From contig JAAILG010001882.1 of the NCBI GenBank assembly GCA_012026655.1, positions 1 to 60,522 of the forward strand: a stretch of DNA of 60,522 nt, written 5' to 3'. How positions within the stretch are numbered: the first letter of the stretch is position 1; each line of letters begins with the position of its first letter. The notes beneath the pieces are model-generated. The model did not search any database. It worked only from the letters and a program-made list of their open reading frames with translations, and was not told where the DNA came from. Both the position numbers and the translations under genes were made by a program. Source of the stretch: Hydrolagus affinis. Lineage: Eukaryota. Shown here one piece after another: positions 39,770-52,994 of the stretch.

Positions 39770-39777
39770 ATGGTAGA
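39770..39777 (-). CDS. CADPS: Candidate CADPS 8-nt microexon (TCTACCAT; phase 0-2)
   Basis: Strong pyrimidine tract, ctctgcactgtag acceptor with UGC, donor gtatgt, and TGCATG ~30 nt downstream (39737-39742). Predicted only. Confidence 0.55.
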
Positions 39778-39952
39778 CTACAGTGCAGAGTCAGAACAGA
39801 GAAAGGCAGAGAGGAGCCTGAGTCAGAGGGACAGAAAAGATCTCAACGGTCACCGAATTTCTCAAAATGTGACTTATCCCTCTGTCTTACGTATTGTCAC
39901 ATTTTGAACAATCTCCTCCATGGCGAGCAAGGAGGAGAAGGCATTTACTTAC

Positions 39953-40060
39953 ATCAAATAACCTTTCTATATACATCTCCTCATTGACCTTGTCACGCAG
40001 GATATCCTGACTCTGTCGCACAAAGGTCACGTAGGCATCTGCCACATCCATCCCAGGTTT
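39953..40060 (-). CDS. CADPS: CADPS exon (108 nt): [36 protein letters not shown]
   Basis: Translation match; acceptor ttaccag, donor GAT|gtaagt. Confidence 0.97.
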
Positions 40061-40756
40061 CTGGTAAGCAAAGACAAAGAAAGGGAGAATTATACATTAC
40101 ATTGGTTTGCATTTGCAGAGTCTGTAATCATTCTCTTGAATACATGGCGAGTTGAATAGTGCACAATAATTTATTCCAAATAAACCAAAAAAGGTAAAGA
40201 TTATATTCTTTCTCAGGTCTTTGTATAACACAGAAATAATGTTGAATTACAAATTATACATTACACACAGATACGTATATCAAGAGCATTAAGAGGACAT
40301 TACAACAAGGTGCTATCCCTATTGATATTATTTGGGAAAGTGTTTAGGTTGGACTTTGCAATAGGTTCAGGGGCACCTTGAGCTCTAGGGGCTTGAAATT
40401 TCACCCATTCTTAGATGCAAGACAGTTTGCCATAGCATTTTAGGATTGCACAGAATTGTAGTAAATGCTTAAATTCACTCTTATTTTGTAAGATATTGTT
40501 CTGCAGCTCTCAAAAAGAACTGGGCTTTCAAGTTAAGACAACGTTTTAGAAATTTACAGTATTGCTGCAAAAACTGCAAAAACTAAAATTTAAAAGCAAA
40601 CTGGTCCTAAGGGAATTTGGGGCCTTTGACTTGGGTAAGATGTGATCCTAGCAGGACGTCCTCCTCATATGAAAGGTGCTATACAAGTGTCATTTTGTTG
40701 TTGTTGTTAGCAGAGGCTTTGGAAGTCAGTGAGTGTAATCATCTCATTTTACATGC

Positions 40757-41420
40757 ACAACAACAACTACTTGCATTTATATAGCACCCTCTATGCCAGA
40801 CGGTGTCTCAGATAGCTTCACAATAATGGAGCCAAGCCAGAGGGAGGGGGAGGGGGAGGGGGAAGGTGACCGAAGGTGTGGTTGAACAGAAAGGTTTTCA
40901 GGTGCGACCTGAAGATGGAAAAGGAGGGGTGAGGTGAAGGAATTCCAGAGTTTCGGGGCATAGTGGCTGAAAGCATGGCTTCTGATGGTGGAGCGGAAGA
41001 TTCGAGGGACAAGGAGGAGGCCAGACACAGTTGAGCGAAGGCAGCAGATACTGCTGTGAGGAGAGAGGAGGTTAGAGAGGTAGGGGGGTGCAGAGGAATG
41101 GAGGGATTTAAATACAAGAGTGAGGATCTTGAAATCGATCTGCTCTGTGACAGGGAGCCAGTGAAGTCTGGTGAGGACTGCGGAATTGGGGAGTGAAGTT
41201 TGGCTTGGGTGAGAATGCAGGTGGAGTTCTATATGAGCTGGATTTTATGAATGGTGGTGGAGGGGAGATCAGCGAGGAGGGCCTTGGAATAGTCCAGCCA
41301 AGGGGTGACAAAGGCACGGACCTGGGTTTCGGCAGTTTTTGGGGTGAGATATTGGTGGAGACGGGCAATATGGCGGAGATGGAAGAAGGTGGTGCTGGTG
41401 AGGGACCAGATGTGGGGGAG
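40757..41420 (-). mobile_element. L2 LINE 3' portion
   Basis: HAFSHYAPKLWNS and SRLDYSKALL-type motifs; (CAA)n tail. Confidence 0.88.
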
Positions 41421-43019
41421 GAAGTTGCAGTTAATCTCTCAACATCATTTCAAAGTATGGTATACACAGAATTACAATCAATCCAACGTGAGACACAGAC
41501 AACACAGATGATTAGTGTATGTGTATAAACCAAGGCTTATCTTATTATGTCTTGTGTACTTGCTGAATGTAATAAGCTGAATGTTCTTGTAAAATGACTG
41601 TTTGTAGAAATGAAGGATTGTACTTTGCTACATTATGCACTGTGATGACTTAAGCCTTACTGTTCTAAACTGGGAGGTATATGGTTATAAGAAGTCCTTC
41701 AATAGATTAATAAAATGCTTTGTATTTATAATTACTGAGAATTATTTTTCATTAGGTCTGACAGAGTTGCAAGGTGTATATGTCCACTGAACAAGGATAT
41801 AACAAAGCTAGTCAGCAGGAGATGAGGAATTATTTCCTCATGCAATAAGTGGCAGCCTCCTAGGTTAGTAACCCTCTAATGGAAGAAATAATTGCACAAA
41901 CTCATGATCAGAATGTAATATACCTGGTTTAAAAATGCTGACATTCAAATGCAGACTTTACCATCCAAATATACACACTAGTAAGCAACTGCTGTGAATT
42001 GATATTTGTTAATCAGAAGTACTTACAACCATAAGGTACCAATTCTGGATGGTCAGTCACTGTAAATTACATTTAGTTAACACTTCCCTTTTATTTCCTG
42101 GGTACAAATATGTACAATTTGGGAAGGAAGTAGGGAGGAAAGAACCTGCAAGGATTTTATAAACAATTATAGACTAAGACACCTGATATTATCTCTCTTG
42201 AACATGACATTTTACATTCTACCTGCTCTTTCTATGACAAGGGAATGTATCGGGTGAAAATATATCATTAGTGTTGTGCTACTCCTTAAAGCATTTTACA
42301 GCTCCTAGATTCACAATATCCAGCTCAATTATTTCTAATGGCAGCAAAAAAAAACTTCCCGAAATAGAATCTAATTTTGATTTGTTTTCTTATATTTCCA
42401 TTAAAATACCAAACCAGTGACGAGAAAACATAAAATATTTCCCCAACTCATTGTTTGGACTTCCTGACTAAAATTAATTTCAGTTATCTGAAGAAAACCT
42501 AATGAATAAAGACTGAGAAACAGCTTGTCCTGCATTTAACTGACAGACTCAGAACAGAACTGGTTTGTGATTCTCTGAGACTGCTGGTGCTTGTAATCCG
42601 TTGGAATCCAAAGGCACAAATTGGCATGTGTGAAGATGCACATGTGTCTCTTGACTTTTTTTTACACGCCACAAATTCCGGGCAAAGTTCCAGATAGGAC
42701 AGCTATGCTGAAACCAATGCTGGCCTGTCTGGTGCATTGGTATAAGAGTTCTGGGGAGCCATCCATGGTGAGGGGCACTATATAAATGCAAGTTGTTGTT
42801 GTTGGCGTATTGATGACTCAACCCACCCCACTTTATTTAATTTGCTTTACTGGTTCTGCTTTTGGAGATGGGCTGGAAATTCTCATTGGGATAAGATGGT
42901 AAGTACTGTACACCCAGAGGCTCTTGGCTTATATTATAGCGCTGGTGGAGAGGCCAAATATGCTGTGAATGGATGCACTGCATGCTCAAGGGACCATTAT
43001 TTTCACAAATTTTTTTGCG

Positions 43020-43310
43020 AATGAAACACACCACACTTATATAGCATTGTAGCTGCGTTATAATCATGTTTCTAAAATCAAACAAGGATTATCTGTTAAT
43101 GGAAAAAACTGCCTATTAAATATTTCCCCCACAAGATATACAGTCACTCCAATTTGCAGTGTACCCTGTGAAGCTCTTTCAGATGTCTTGACAATATGAC
43201 AAGGCTCTATATCAAATGCAAGAATTATTATTATTCTGTGGAATACTTTGAAATGTCTCAAAGATGTGATAAGACATTTTATCAAATACAATGATTATTA
43301 TTATTATTAT
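43020..43310 (+). mobile_element. SINE fragment with a doubled tail
   Basis: Two successive tatcaaat...ttattatta tails. Confidence 0.7.
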
Positions 43311-43799
43311 GGCCTCTATTCCTCAATTCTATCACCAGAGAAAACAGTTGTTCACTATTCAGTCTGTCAAATCCTTTCATAATTTACTACATATCGAGCA
43401 GATCACTCATCAACCTCCTAACCTTGAGAGTTTGAAATGGAGATGAAAGGTTACACTTTGCAATGCACCTATTATTTAGATATAATAAAAATTCTTGCAT
43501 TTGATTTAAATGCAAGTTATATTCAATATTTTTAATTAGGAGACAAGTTTTTGTCTCTTTATACTATAAACAAGCATTAATTTGAACGCCTTAAGGACAG
43601 AGTAAATCACTACACAATGGTGGAGATTTAAATCAAATTAGTTGGCTTCATTAGTATTCTCTGTCACTCGATCTTCAAAGTTACTGTGACATATTAACAG
43701 TAATATTACACTCCTAGCAAACATTCACACACTTCAAATGACATGATTTCTTACTTCGACACACTTTGATTAGGTGAAACTTGCCAAGGGGGAAGGAAG

Positions 43800-44445
43800 C
43801 TGAAAGAGACCTAGGGTGTTATTTGACTCATTGCTCACCATGTCAAAACAGTAATAAACAAGGCAAACTGGATACTCAACTATGTGGCCTAATGAGTTGA
43901 GTTCAAATCCCCAGAAGTAATGCTCAAATTGTATGTGAGAATGCCTTTATGAAGTCATTGCTCTGCTCAGGCCACACCTGCAGTACTGCTGATATCTGCA
44001 CCAAATTGACTTCATCCTCGAGACAATGTTGAGGAAGAGCGATGACAACCAACCCCTTTGATTGAGGTTATGAGCAACAACTGAACATGTTACAAACCCT
44101 GAAAACTGATGTTTCAGAGGGAACATTGTAGAGGTATACAGTATAAGGTTTAGATGAGATTGAAAAAGGAAAACAAAAACAATACTTTCAGATTTGCCAC
44201 CGCAGCAGAACAAGAGGACACCTATTTAGGGTAACAACGGGCAGTTTCAGATAGACACCAGGAAGCATTTCTTTATTCAGAGGGTCATCAAGGACTGGAC
44301 CAGTTACCAGTAAAGGTGTTTGAGGCCAGGATGCTGTACTTGTGTAAGAAGCTCGCTGCTATGATGGGAGATCTATAAAGTGACTATTCTGGAAGGATGG
44401 GATGATGGGCCAAAGGACCTATTTCAGCTGGACTGATCTTGTGAG
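43800..44445 (+). mobile_element. Degenerate CR1 LINE 3' portion
   Basis: gaaagagacctagggtg, aggccacacctgcagtactg (RPHLEYC-like), ttctttattcagagggtc and gatgggccaaaggaccta 3' motifs. Confidence 0.75.
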
Positions 44446-44584
44446 GGTAAAATACTTGTGAATTTCAAAAATGGATTTCTTCTGCTTCAAAGTTTGCTTA
44501 TTTTTTAAATTCAAGAATTTGACGCGTATATATATGATTACGTAAGCGGACAAAACAAAGTGACAGAATAATAGTTGGACTTAC

Positions 44585-44617
44585 AGGTACATCCACGTAC
44601 TTTGAAGCTGCTTTCAC
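44585..44617 (-). CDS. CADPS: CADPS exon (33 nt): VKAASKYVDVP
   Basis: Translation match; acceptor ttaaag, donor CCT|gtaagt. Confidence 0.96.
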
Positions 44618-44789
44618 CTTTAAGGCAAGATAGCAAAAGAGGACACAATTACAAATGTAATCAATTGAACTAACTGATAGCAAAGGATCCTTGTGGTAAC
44701 ATGCTGAAAATATAATTAAGCAACATTTTTAGCTTTACACAATTCGTTCAACTGCAAAACTATACTGCGAACCATAACTAAGAGCATTT

Positions 44790-45372
44790 CCTAATGCCAA
44801 CTCCCTGCTTGTCGGCCCTCTCAACTCTTCCCTCCACAAGCTGCAGATCATCCAGAACTCTGCAGCTTGTATCATCTCCTACACCAGGCTCCATGACTCC
44901 ATCAACCCTACCTTTGCCTGGCTCCATTGGCTCCCCATCCCTCAGAGGATAGAACTAAAAATTCTCATCCTCGCTTTCAAGGCCCTCCATGCCCCCTCCT
45001 AGCTCTGTGACCTGCAAACCTTATGTCAACCTGCCCGCGCCCTCCGCTTAGGGGGGCTCCAGCCTGCTCCATGGCCCTTCTTTCTGGCTCTCCCCAACTT
45101 CGAGGGTCGAGCCTTCAGGTTCTCTGCCCTCACCCTTAGAGAATTCAGACCTGCGGTCCCTTGCTCCCTCCTTTGCCTCCTTCAAGGTATGTCTGAAGAC
45201 CTTCCTTTTTGACAGTGTCTTTGGGCACTCTCCTACTCCTACCCTCTCTGTCCTCCAACCCTCCCTCCCAATCTGAATCCCCTGCTGACAACTTCCAGCT
45301 CTGGTCCAAATCCCTTCTAGCACTTTGGGACTTACTTCCGAAGTGAAAGGCATTGTACAAATGTAATTTTTT
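44790..45372 (+). mobile_element. L2 LINE 3' portion
   Basis: NSLLVG..LHKLQIIQNSAA, LHWLPIPQRI motifs and L2 tail. Confidence 0.88.
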
Positions 45373-45457
45373 AAACATTTTATGCTCATTGAAAGAGATG
45401 CTCTATATCCAGAAAAATGTAACATGCATAACTTCCATATTGGTTATTGGGATATTG

Positions 45458-45670
45458 TGGAGTCCTGTAGCTCAGTGGTTAGAGCACTCAACATGCAAGC
45501 GAGACACCTGGGTTCAAGTCCAAGCAGGGCAAAACTTTGGGCAAGTTTCCTTACCCCACAGGTTTCGCCAACAAATATAGTCAATTCACTTTACAGTCTA
45601 TTCTGTGAAGCGCTTTGAGAAGTCTAGAAGATATTTAAAGTGCTATATCAAATGCAAGAATTATTATTAT
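45458..45670 (+). mobile_element. tRNA-derived SINE (internally deleted)
   Basis: TAGCTCAGTGG A-box and GTTCAAGTCC B-box, followed by the SINE tail. Confidence 0.88.
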
Positions 45671-45795
45671 ATATTTTCATTATAACTCTATTATAAAGGT
45701 ATATTGTCAAACTATATTAAATCTGTTGACATACAGGGCATCATATTGCATAACATGCATAAGATACACAAATTAACATTAAAAAAAATTCTTAC

Positions 45796-45879
45796 TGTGA
45801 AGGACAGAAAGGAAGAGAAGAGAGTCCCTTCATCGTATCTTGATAGTTTGGACAGTACCCCTTCCAAAATAGTGACAAA
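45796..45879 (-). CDS. CADPS: CADPS exon (84 nt): [28 protein letters not shown]
   Basis: Translation match; acceptor ctgttag, donor ACA|gtaaga. Confidence 0.97.
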
Positions 45880-46535
45880 CTAACAGAAGAAAAGAATGGG
45901 AGACAAATGAAATTATTTGCTGTTAAAATATTATCAGTTTTGCCCTTCGTTGCTTAAATAGATGACTATTGATTGATGAGATATATATTCCAGGATCTGG
46001 GCATCAATCTAGCTGTTGCACAACATTCAGAGATTTAAGAAACTTCCTTTAATATTACCTTTGATTCATTATGTTAGCTCATTGTCTCTGTCTTAGCAAT
46101 TACCTATAAATGATTTAAAATGACAGGGAAAAAAGTCCTGTGAAGTGATTTTTTAATTCATCATCAACTCTCTGGTTCATTAACACTGCAATGTAGTAGT
46201 TGTGTAGTCAGCATCAGGTAAATGACATGCAATAAATAATACTGACAAAAATCCGAACCAATTGAAATGTCTCAAAAATGTGATACGCGCTATATCAAAT
46301 GCAACGATTATTGTTATAATTACTCAGTAGGCCAAACAATTTTTCTGGAAAAAAGCAAGAGAACAAGGTACTGTATAATACATTTTGACACGTTTGACCT
46401 ATAAGCCCCATTCTTTGCAATCACATATTTAAAACATCTGGATTTCTGATACAATCAGACTCTGAAGAAAAAAGCTAAATTGAAGTCTGGACTCAACAAA
46501 TCCCAGGTCCTGCTTGTTGTTATTCTGCACTGTAC

Positions 46536-46610
46536 CTTTGCAACCATGAGAGTGATCATTTCTTTCACTGTATCTTCAATCAACTCATCAATTTTCGAAT
46601 GGTATTGCCG
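46536..46610 (-). CDS. CADPS: CADPS exon (75 nt): RQYHSKIDELIEDTVKEMITLMVAK
   Basis: Translation match; acceptor tttttttcag, donor AAG|gtacag. Confidence 0.97.
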
Positions 46611-48279
46611 CTGAAAAAAACAGAAAGGCACATGGGCAAAACATGGGCAAAACGTGGTACGCAACTCACTTTGGGCCATACAAGTGAAGCCTGAATTTCT
46701 TTTTTTTAAAATGTACGCAGCATTCTCTTTGGAAGATGTGTATTTTGGGAGCCGATTGAGTACCAGGTACAGTATACTATATTTGTGGGAGGATTTATTG
46801 CTGAATGCTGGTTTCAGGAGGTGTATGTGCAATTTTGAGTGTTTATTTTGGAGGTTTCAGATGTAAATAAACATGAACTAGTGGGACATCAAATCACAAT
46901 TTGATTTATCAACCGCATTATGATTTCGCAAAAAAGGTTGTGAATGTTGTGCTCATCGATTGCGAACACCCTTGTCTGGGTCTGTGTTGTATAAGAATTG
47001 TTGAATTTATTTAAAACTGAATGAGACAAACGGCTAAAAGAATTCTAGTCTAGCCACTTGTATCATTCTCTAGCTGGAAGTGAATGAATGTGGATCTAAT
47101 TTTTTTCTCCCTTACAGAATTCCCAATCTTGATGAGACTATCAGGAGGAGGTACCAAGAGGTAAGCATTTCCTTACACACAAGAGCAAAGGGGAGCCAGG
47201 AACCAAATCAGATTTCATTCATGCCCTTCCTTGTGCCCAGTTAGAGAATGGTATCAGTTTTGGTCTGGTGCCAGGTCACCTGTTGGCCTGCTTAAACACG
47301 AAGCACGTTTGATAAATTCTTTGGACATTTTGGTAAATGTGAAATGAAAAGCTTTAAAACTACATATTTTAGTCCAGAAACTGCACCTCAGCAGTCTATT
47401 CATTCCTATTTCTAGAATTCAGAATTGCATGTAAACAATTCATAAATAAACCTTTCATCAAGAATAAGTGGAAGATTCATATTAGAAAGGCAAAAATACT
47501 GTCACATTGTAGATCCTGGATACACGCTGTTCATTGCAGGAATTACATTCCATCAGACTATAACATGTATTTTTAACTGGCAGACAATATAGCAGTGATG
47601 ATTTAATATATGCATTATATTAATATATTCTACTAAATAAATAACTGATAGAAATTGTCAGAGACTTTAGAACATTTATTATACAGTAATGTAATTTGAT
47701 TTATGTGCATTTCTTAAGTGGGTTTTTAAAATTTAAATTAACAAACTACTGTATTATTAGTTATGAGCAGTGTAACACAGCAAAGGATGCTGTTCTGATC
47801 TGACAGGTGCATGTTTAAGAGGGAGGTGCTGCCATTTAATATAAGTGCAGCATGAATTTGTAATTTTGCATATCTTGGGATTGACAGTTTTTTCAAGTGT
47901 TTTCACTGTTGTTAAAACAAACATATTTCACATACGTAGGGAAAACTGCTCTATTTTTTTAACTAGATCTATAAGAAAGTCTCACAGTTTTACTCAGCTA
48001 TGGAACAATTTCTAACTGCGATGCAATCCTGTTTTAATGCTTTGTTCGTTTACTGCAGTGTGCACCCTGACTTTTTGAACTATGCAAATGAGTGCAAAAA
48101 GCTGGGCAGCTTATGTCAAAACTTGGTTGGATTCTCACACATGAGAACACACGGCCAACCTTCATGTGGTCAGTTCACTGCTATTGCCACTTTCTGCGCA
48201 TTTTCTGCTCACTTTTTTTTTTATCGCATGGAAAACCAGGTGGGCGTACAGCAAGCTGACTAGCTTTCCATATGTATGT

Positions 48280-48442
48280 GTATGGCTTGACTATGGAAAC
48301 TCCCTCCTCATTGGCCTACCCGGCTCTTCCGTTCACAAGCTGCAGATCATCCAAACCTCGTGTCCTCTCCCGCACTAAGCTCTGCGACCACATCATCCCA
48401 CCCTCGCCGGCTCCATTGGCTCCCCATCCCCCAGAGGATCTT
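48280..48442 (+). mobile_element. L2 fragment
   Basis: LDYGNSLLIGLP..HKLQIIQ and LHWLPIPQRI motifs. Confidence 0.8.
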
Positions 48443-48710
48443 ATGGACACCGCCCTCTCCCAAACACCAGTGTTATAACAAATCTCTACTTAAGAAACTG
48501 CTATGTCCTAATTCTGCTCCCATTGCCGATGCTCCTGACTTCCCCAATCCCAACATATTCCTCTTCGTAGTATCCAACTCATTAATCTGTAGTGCCAGGC
48601 TTCATAATAGCAGCAATTTAATCGTACTTTAGGTTCCATATAAACAATGATCTTTCAGTTTTTGTTAATAAATAAATTATAGCATAAATTATAATTTTAA
48701 CCTCACTTAC

Positions 48711-48725
48711 CCATTCTTTAGAAAA
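48711..48725 (-). CDS. CADPS: CADPS 15-nt microexon FSKEW
   Basis: Long pyrimidine tract, then cctgaaag|TTTTCTAAAGAATGG|gtaagt. It sits between GQE and RQYHSK, where mammalian CAPS1 isoforms carry an optional FAKxW pentapeptide. Confidence 0.88.
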
Positions 48726-49431
48726 CTTTCAGGTGATTGAGAAAAAGAAATAAAGAGAAAGATGCGAGAGATAGGAAGAAGAACACGGTAATGGTAAAAC
48801 ATATTTAAAATAAATCTGTAAAAAAAAAACACACCAAGGACAGGATTATTGGAGAAAAAAATTACTGAAATAAATATGATTACAATATGCAATGCAAAAT
48901 GATACAAAAACATGAAGGAATGAACAGGCAAAAGGAAGATATATCCAAGCAAATACATGCTACGTCAGCACTAGTTGCATTTGCTACCTGAATTTAAGCT
49001 ACCTGAATTTAAATCTTTGATTACTGAATGAAATTTAAACACTACAGTAAATTGTTCCTTTGTTAAAAAACTGCTCAGAAGTTAGTTGTGGATATTTCCT
49101 GTATTTATATTGTATGTATAATATCCAACAGTGGAGATGTAGAGAAAATATATCTGTTCAGATATTCTGTAACCACAAAAAAAAATCACATTTCAAAACC
49201 TGCAGTGACATTCAGTATTCAAAGGGTTAGCTGGCCAGTATTAGTATATACTTATTGTTTAAAGAATGAAGCAACTATAACTAATCCTGGTCACAGCCAT
49301 AGAGTGTGTTTTAGATAATTATTTTGTTTATAAAAGGTTTATCTTAACCATGGTGTGTTGCAGTGAATCAGATTTGTATTATTAAGCTTTCGACTGGCAC
49401 AATTTATTTTCATGAAAAAGTGTTAACTTAC

Positions 49432-49579
49432 TTCCTGGCCCATTTCCATGCTGCAAAGCTTTGTGGACTGTGACTTGGCATCAACCATCACATTAAACAT
49501 GGTGCATATTGACTGTGGGACACGAAAATCTGTTGACCTGCTTGTCTTCTGCAGCTTGGCTTCAAACGCAACCCTTGTT
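49432..49579 (-). CDS. CADPS: CADPS exon (148 nt): [49 protein letters not shown]
   Basis: Translation match to CAPS1; acceptor ccgacag, donor GAA|gtaagt. Confidence 0.97.
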
Positions 49580-50373
49580 CTGTCGGAAGGAAAATTTAAT
49601 TGTTTTTAAAATCTAAAATGATAAACAGTGCCAAAGGCCAGCCAAAAGTGTACAAATATTGGAGAGAGCATTCATTCTTCATGAATTACAAATTATGTAA
49701 ACAATTGATTTCAAAGTATGTTTCAGGAAAGACAAAGACTACTTATTAATATTATACAATAGAATTGTAACACAATTTATATTTCTGTTGTGCCTTTCAC
49801 ATCAGGAGAACATCTCAAAGCACTTTATACTGCTCATCCAAGCTGAGGCGGGAGAGATAAGAGATGAAGAAGGAAATGGTGACTCTTGTGATTAGAGAGT
49901 TATGGAAAATAAAGCAATTACAAATGGCTCCAGATATCTACTCAGACACATAAATCACTGGAATTGAGTGTTACATACATTGGTAGTTTATACAAACTAG
50001 TACCTTTAATGCGAGAAAACGTACTGTATGTTCCTGCTTATTACGATGCGTAGCAATGGCTTTTGTGTTACGGAGAATGCAACTGGGAATCCAGTGTAAT
50101 ACTTCACATCTATTACAGTGTTTACAGAGACATTCCTATGCAATATCCAATTCAGATCCTGTGCTTTCAAATCAAGTATAATACATTATTGGCAGCGATT
50201 GATTGACGTGGCATGTCAAGCATGCCAATGCGATAGAGCAAAGGTTCCTTTCTTTCTAAATTGGCAATCGTGAGCTATAATTAAATCTTCTAGGTAATCC
50301 ACTAAACAGGGATTATGTTCTCATACAAGTACTTGTTTGGTTTGTTTACACTTTGTTCTGTAGAACATCTAAC

Positions 50374-50529
50374 CTTTTAACACATGATTCAATCATGTCA
50401 CTGGACATGAGCTTGAGTCTTTGCTCCAGGTGTTTTGCAAACTCCTCTTCTGGCCAATGTAGATCTCTAATAAATGTCTGCAGGGCATCTAACTTCCAAA
50501 ATAGATCTTCTGAGGTTGCTGAGCCATTG
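50374..50529 (-). CDS. CADPS: CADPS exon (156 nt): [52 protein letters not shown]
   Basis: Near-identical to the CAPS1 MHD1-region sequence; acceptor ctttcag, donor AG|gttaga; phases match neighbours. Confidence 0.97.
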
Positions 50530-52994
50530 CTGAAAGAACAGGGGAAACACTAGTCAGAAACAGCCTTAAGTCACTTTTCAAATAATATATACTAGCTCAA
50601 TGCCTGGAGTGCACAGCAGTCTAAAGCAGAGGAAGGATTTTAGAAATAAGATCCCAACAGTCAGAACTTGGATTTTTTTTATCATACACCTCATGTGTTT
50701 TGTAGTGCCATGTTACAACAATATTGAACATTTAACAATCCATCTAACTGCATGCGGATTTAGAAATTACTCAAGTTCAAATCAGTTTACAGAAAAAGTG
50801 TATGGTAAAAGTTAGCCTGGGATCTCAACCACTTGGGTGGGTGTGGTTAATTTTACATTGTGGTTTCATGCATGCTTCAAAAACATTTCTCTCAGAAACC
50901 AAGACAAACTTGCTCTGGGGTTGGGGGCCTTAGTGGTGGGCGAGGGTTTGCCTATTAGGTTTAGAATTAGACCCTCCAGGTTGAGCATTAACAATTTAGG
51001 TTGCTCTGCCAATAGTGGTTAATGTTTTGGGGTTAACAACTAATCCACCTTGAAGTATCTTAATACCATCTCCGCAAAATGCCCTTGGGCAGCCGGAAAT
51101 ATGTAGGATAGACTATTAAAAGAAGTAGTCGTTGATGAAAAATACCCATGGGTTCAGAATTCCAGCAGCCTTGGCCTCACTGTGAAATTTTATTTATTTT
51201 CTTTTCTCATGAAATCCATCCTCGCGAACCACTAATGCTAGGCACTGTACTTTTTTTTTTAGATGTTGTACACACCATGCATTACCACTACTGCTGGCAT
51301 CATCTCCAGAAACAACATATGGCAGTCTGTGTTTCCAACATGATGGATGCCAGCTGCACTGAAGTAACGAATGCTTCAGAGCCAGGAGAAAGCTACCGTA
51401 GGGTGAGACCATATCCCAACATGCCAAGGTAACCCCCACCTCGTGGGAATGCTGTGCTGACAGGTAGAAAGGTTTGTTTATCGAGGGACTCGTATTTTTT
51501 GTTCACATAGGTCACGGTTACGAAGAATTCATTGATTACAGAAAAAAAAATTGGTTCCTTTGGAAAGATATAGAATCAAGCATTTCACAATCCATGACAG
51601 CTCGTTAATTTTGACAATACATATATCCACGTACGTCACATCACAGCACAATGACGGTATTTTGCAGAACCAAGAACATAACCGTACAACCAAGAGTGAC
51701 AAGTTGTATGTGTTACCAGCCTGATTGCTCTAAAATGCTATAAAAAGTACACTTGATCCTTATTATAATAGTCCTTGGGAGCCAAGCATTTTACACGTTA
51801 TAATGAGGTACATACCACAGTGAATGTCCCAACACAATGCAGCTCAAAGAATTCCAGGGATTTTTATGTTAGTGTCAAGACTGGGGGCCATGTGTTGAGA
51901 GTAGGGTGTACTATGACAGAATTAGAATATGGTTGTCGATCTTGCTTTGCTATTATGCATTGATTCATTATCTTTCCAAGCTATCACACAGCATGCAAAA
52001 AGAAGAAAATGGAAAAGCTCTTTAGGTCTCCATGCTTTCCATTTTCAAATGCTTCCTAAACTAGTCTTCCATATAGTCAACCTGGCATGAAAATGATTTT
52101 CCTTTTTTGGGGGAATTATTCCACCACCTACCATTGAAATTTCAGTTTAAACAGAGCAGCTTAAACACATTTAAATTGATAAATATGCACAAAGTTAAAT
52201 TCGTTACACTTGGATTTAATGTTTTTTTCTTTTGAGTAATTCAAATCAAGTTTTAAAAAAGAAGTTTTAGATGGATTGGATGAAACAATGGCGATCCAGC
52301 ATCTTGTCATGTCCTCCTGACGTGAAAGGCACTACAAGTGTAAATTTTGTTGTTGTTATTGTTGAAGTTTGAAAACTAAAACTGAAAAACTTTTATGCTT
52401 TTATCCAGTTGCTCAAGACTGACCAAACTTACAGGAGCAATGATGTAATTAACTATATAATTAAACTGCTAGCTATGTTCAATGAACAGAGTGAAGTTAC
52501 TGAATTCAAACAAATAGACTCCTTGATTAAGTACAAAGTAGTACAGCTCAAATAGCAGGGAAGAGATGCACTGTGGCTCCTCAAAGATTTTATCTAATTT
52601 AATAAGTTTTTTCATGTTATCTATAGTGCAGTATACATATGATAAACAGAGGATGAAAAGAAAATACAGTGAGAGATTTCAACTCAGGATTGAAGATACC
52701 TAAACTACAAATATATTATTTCATATTGTTCCAGAAATTTTAAAATATGCCCATTCAAGATGTACTTGGGTAAAAATGCTTTTATAAATGAAAGTTGCTG
52801 ATTTTAAAAGCAAAGCTTGGCATCAAATATTTCTCTCAAAATATCTGAAGAGGAACCCCCTTGGTGGATGAATGATAGTTTTGGTTTGATTTCTTACGAG
52901 AATTTATAATAGGAAAAACAAGTAAATCCAAGACAAATTCATGCCAGGTTACTGTAGGTGACAATTTCAGATCTAACGTGTATCGAATACACAC

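Noticed and set aside
46631-46652. Short tandem duplication (CATGGGCAAAA x2); similar ones near 48982, 15180 and 1324
   Set aside because: Ordinary slippage duplications with no evident function.
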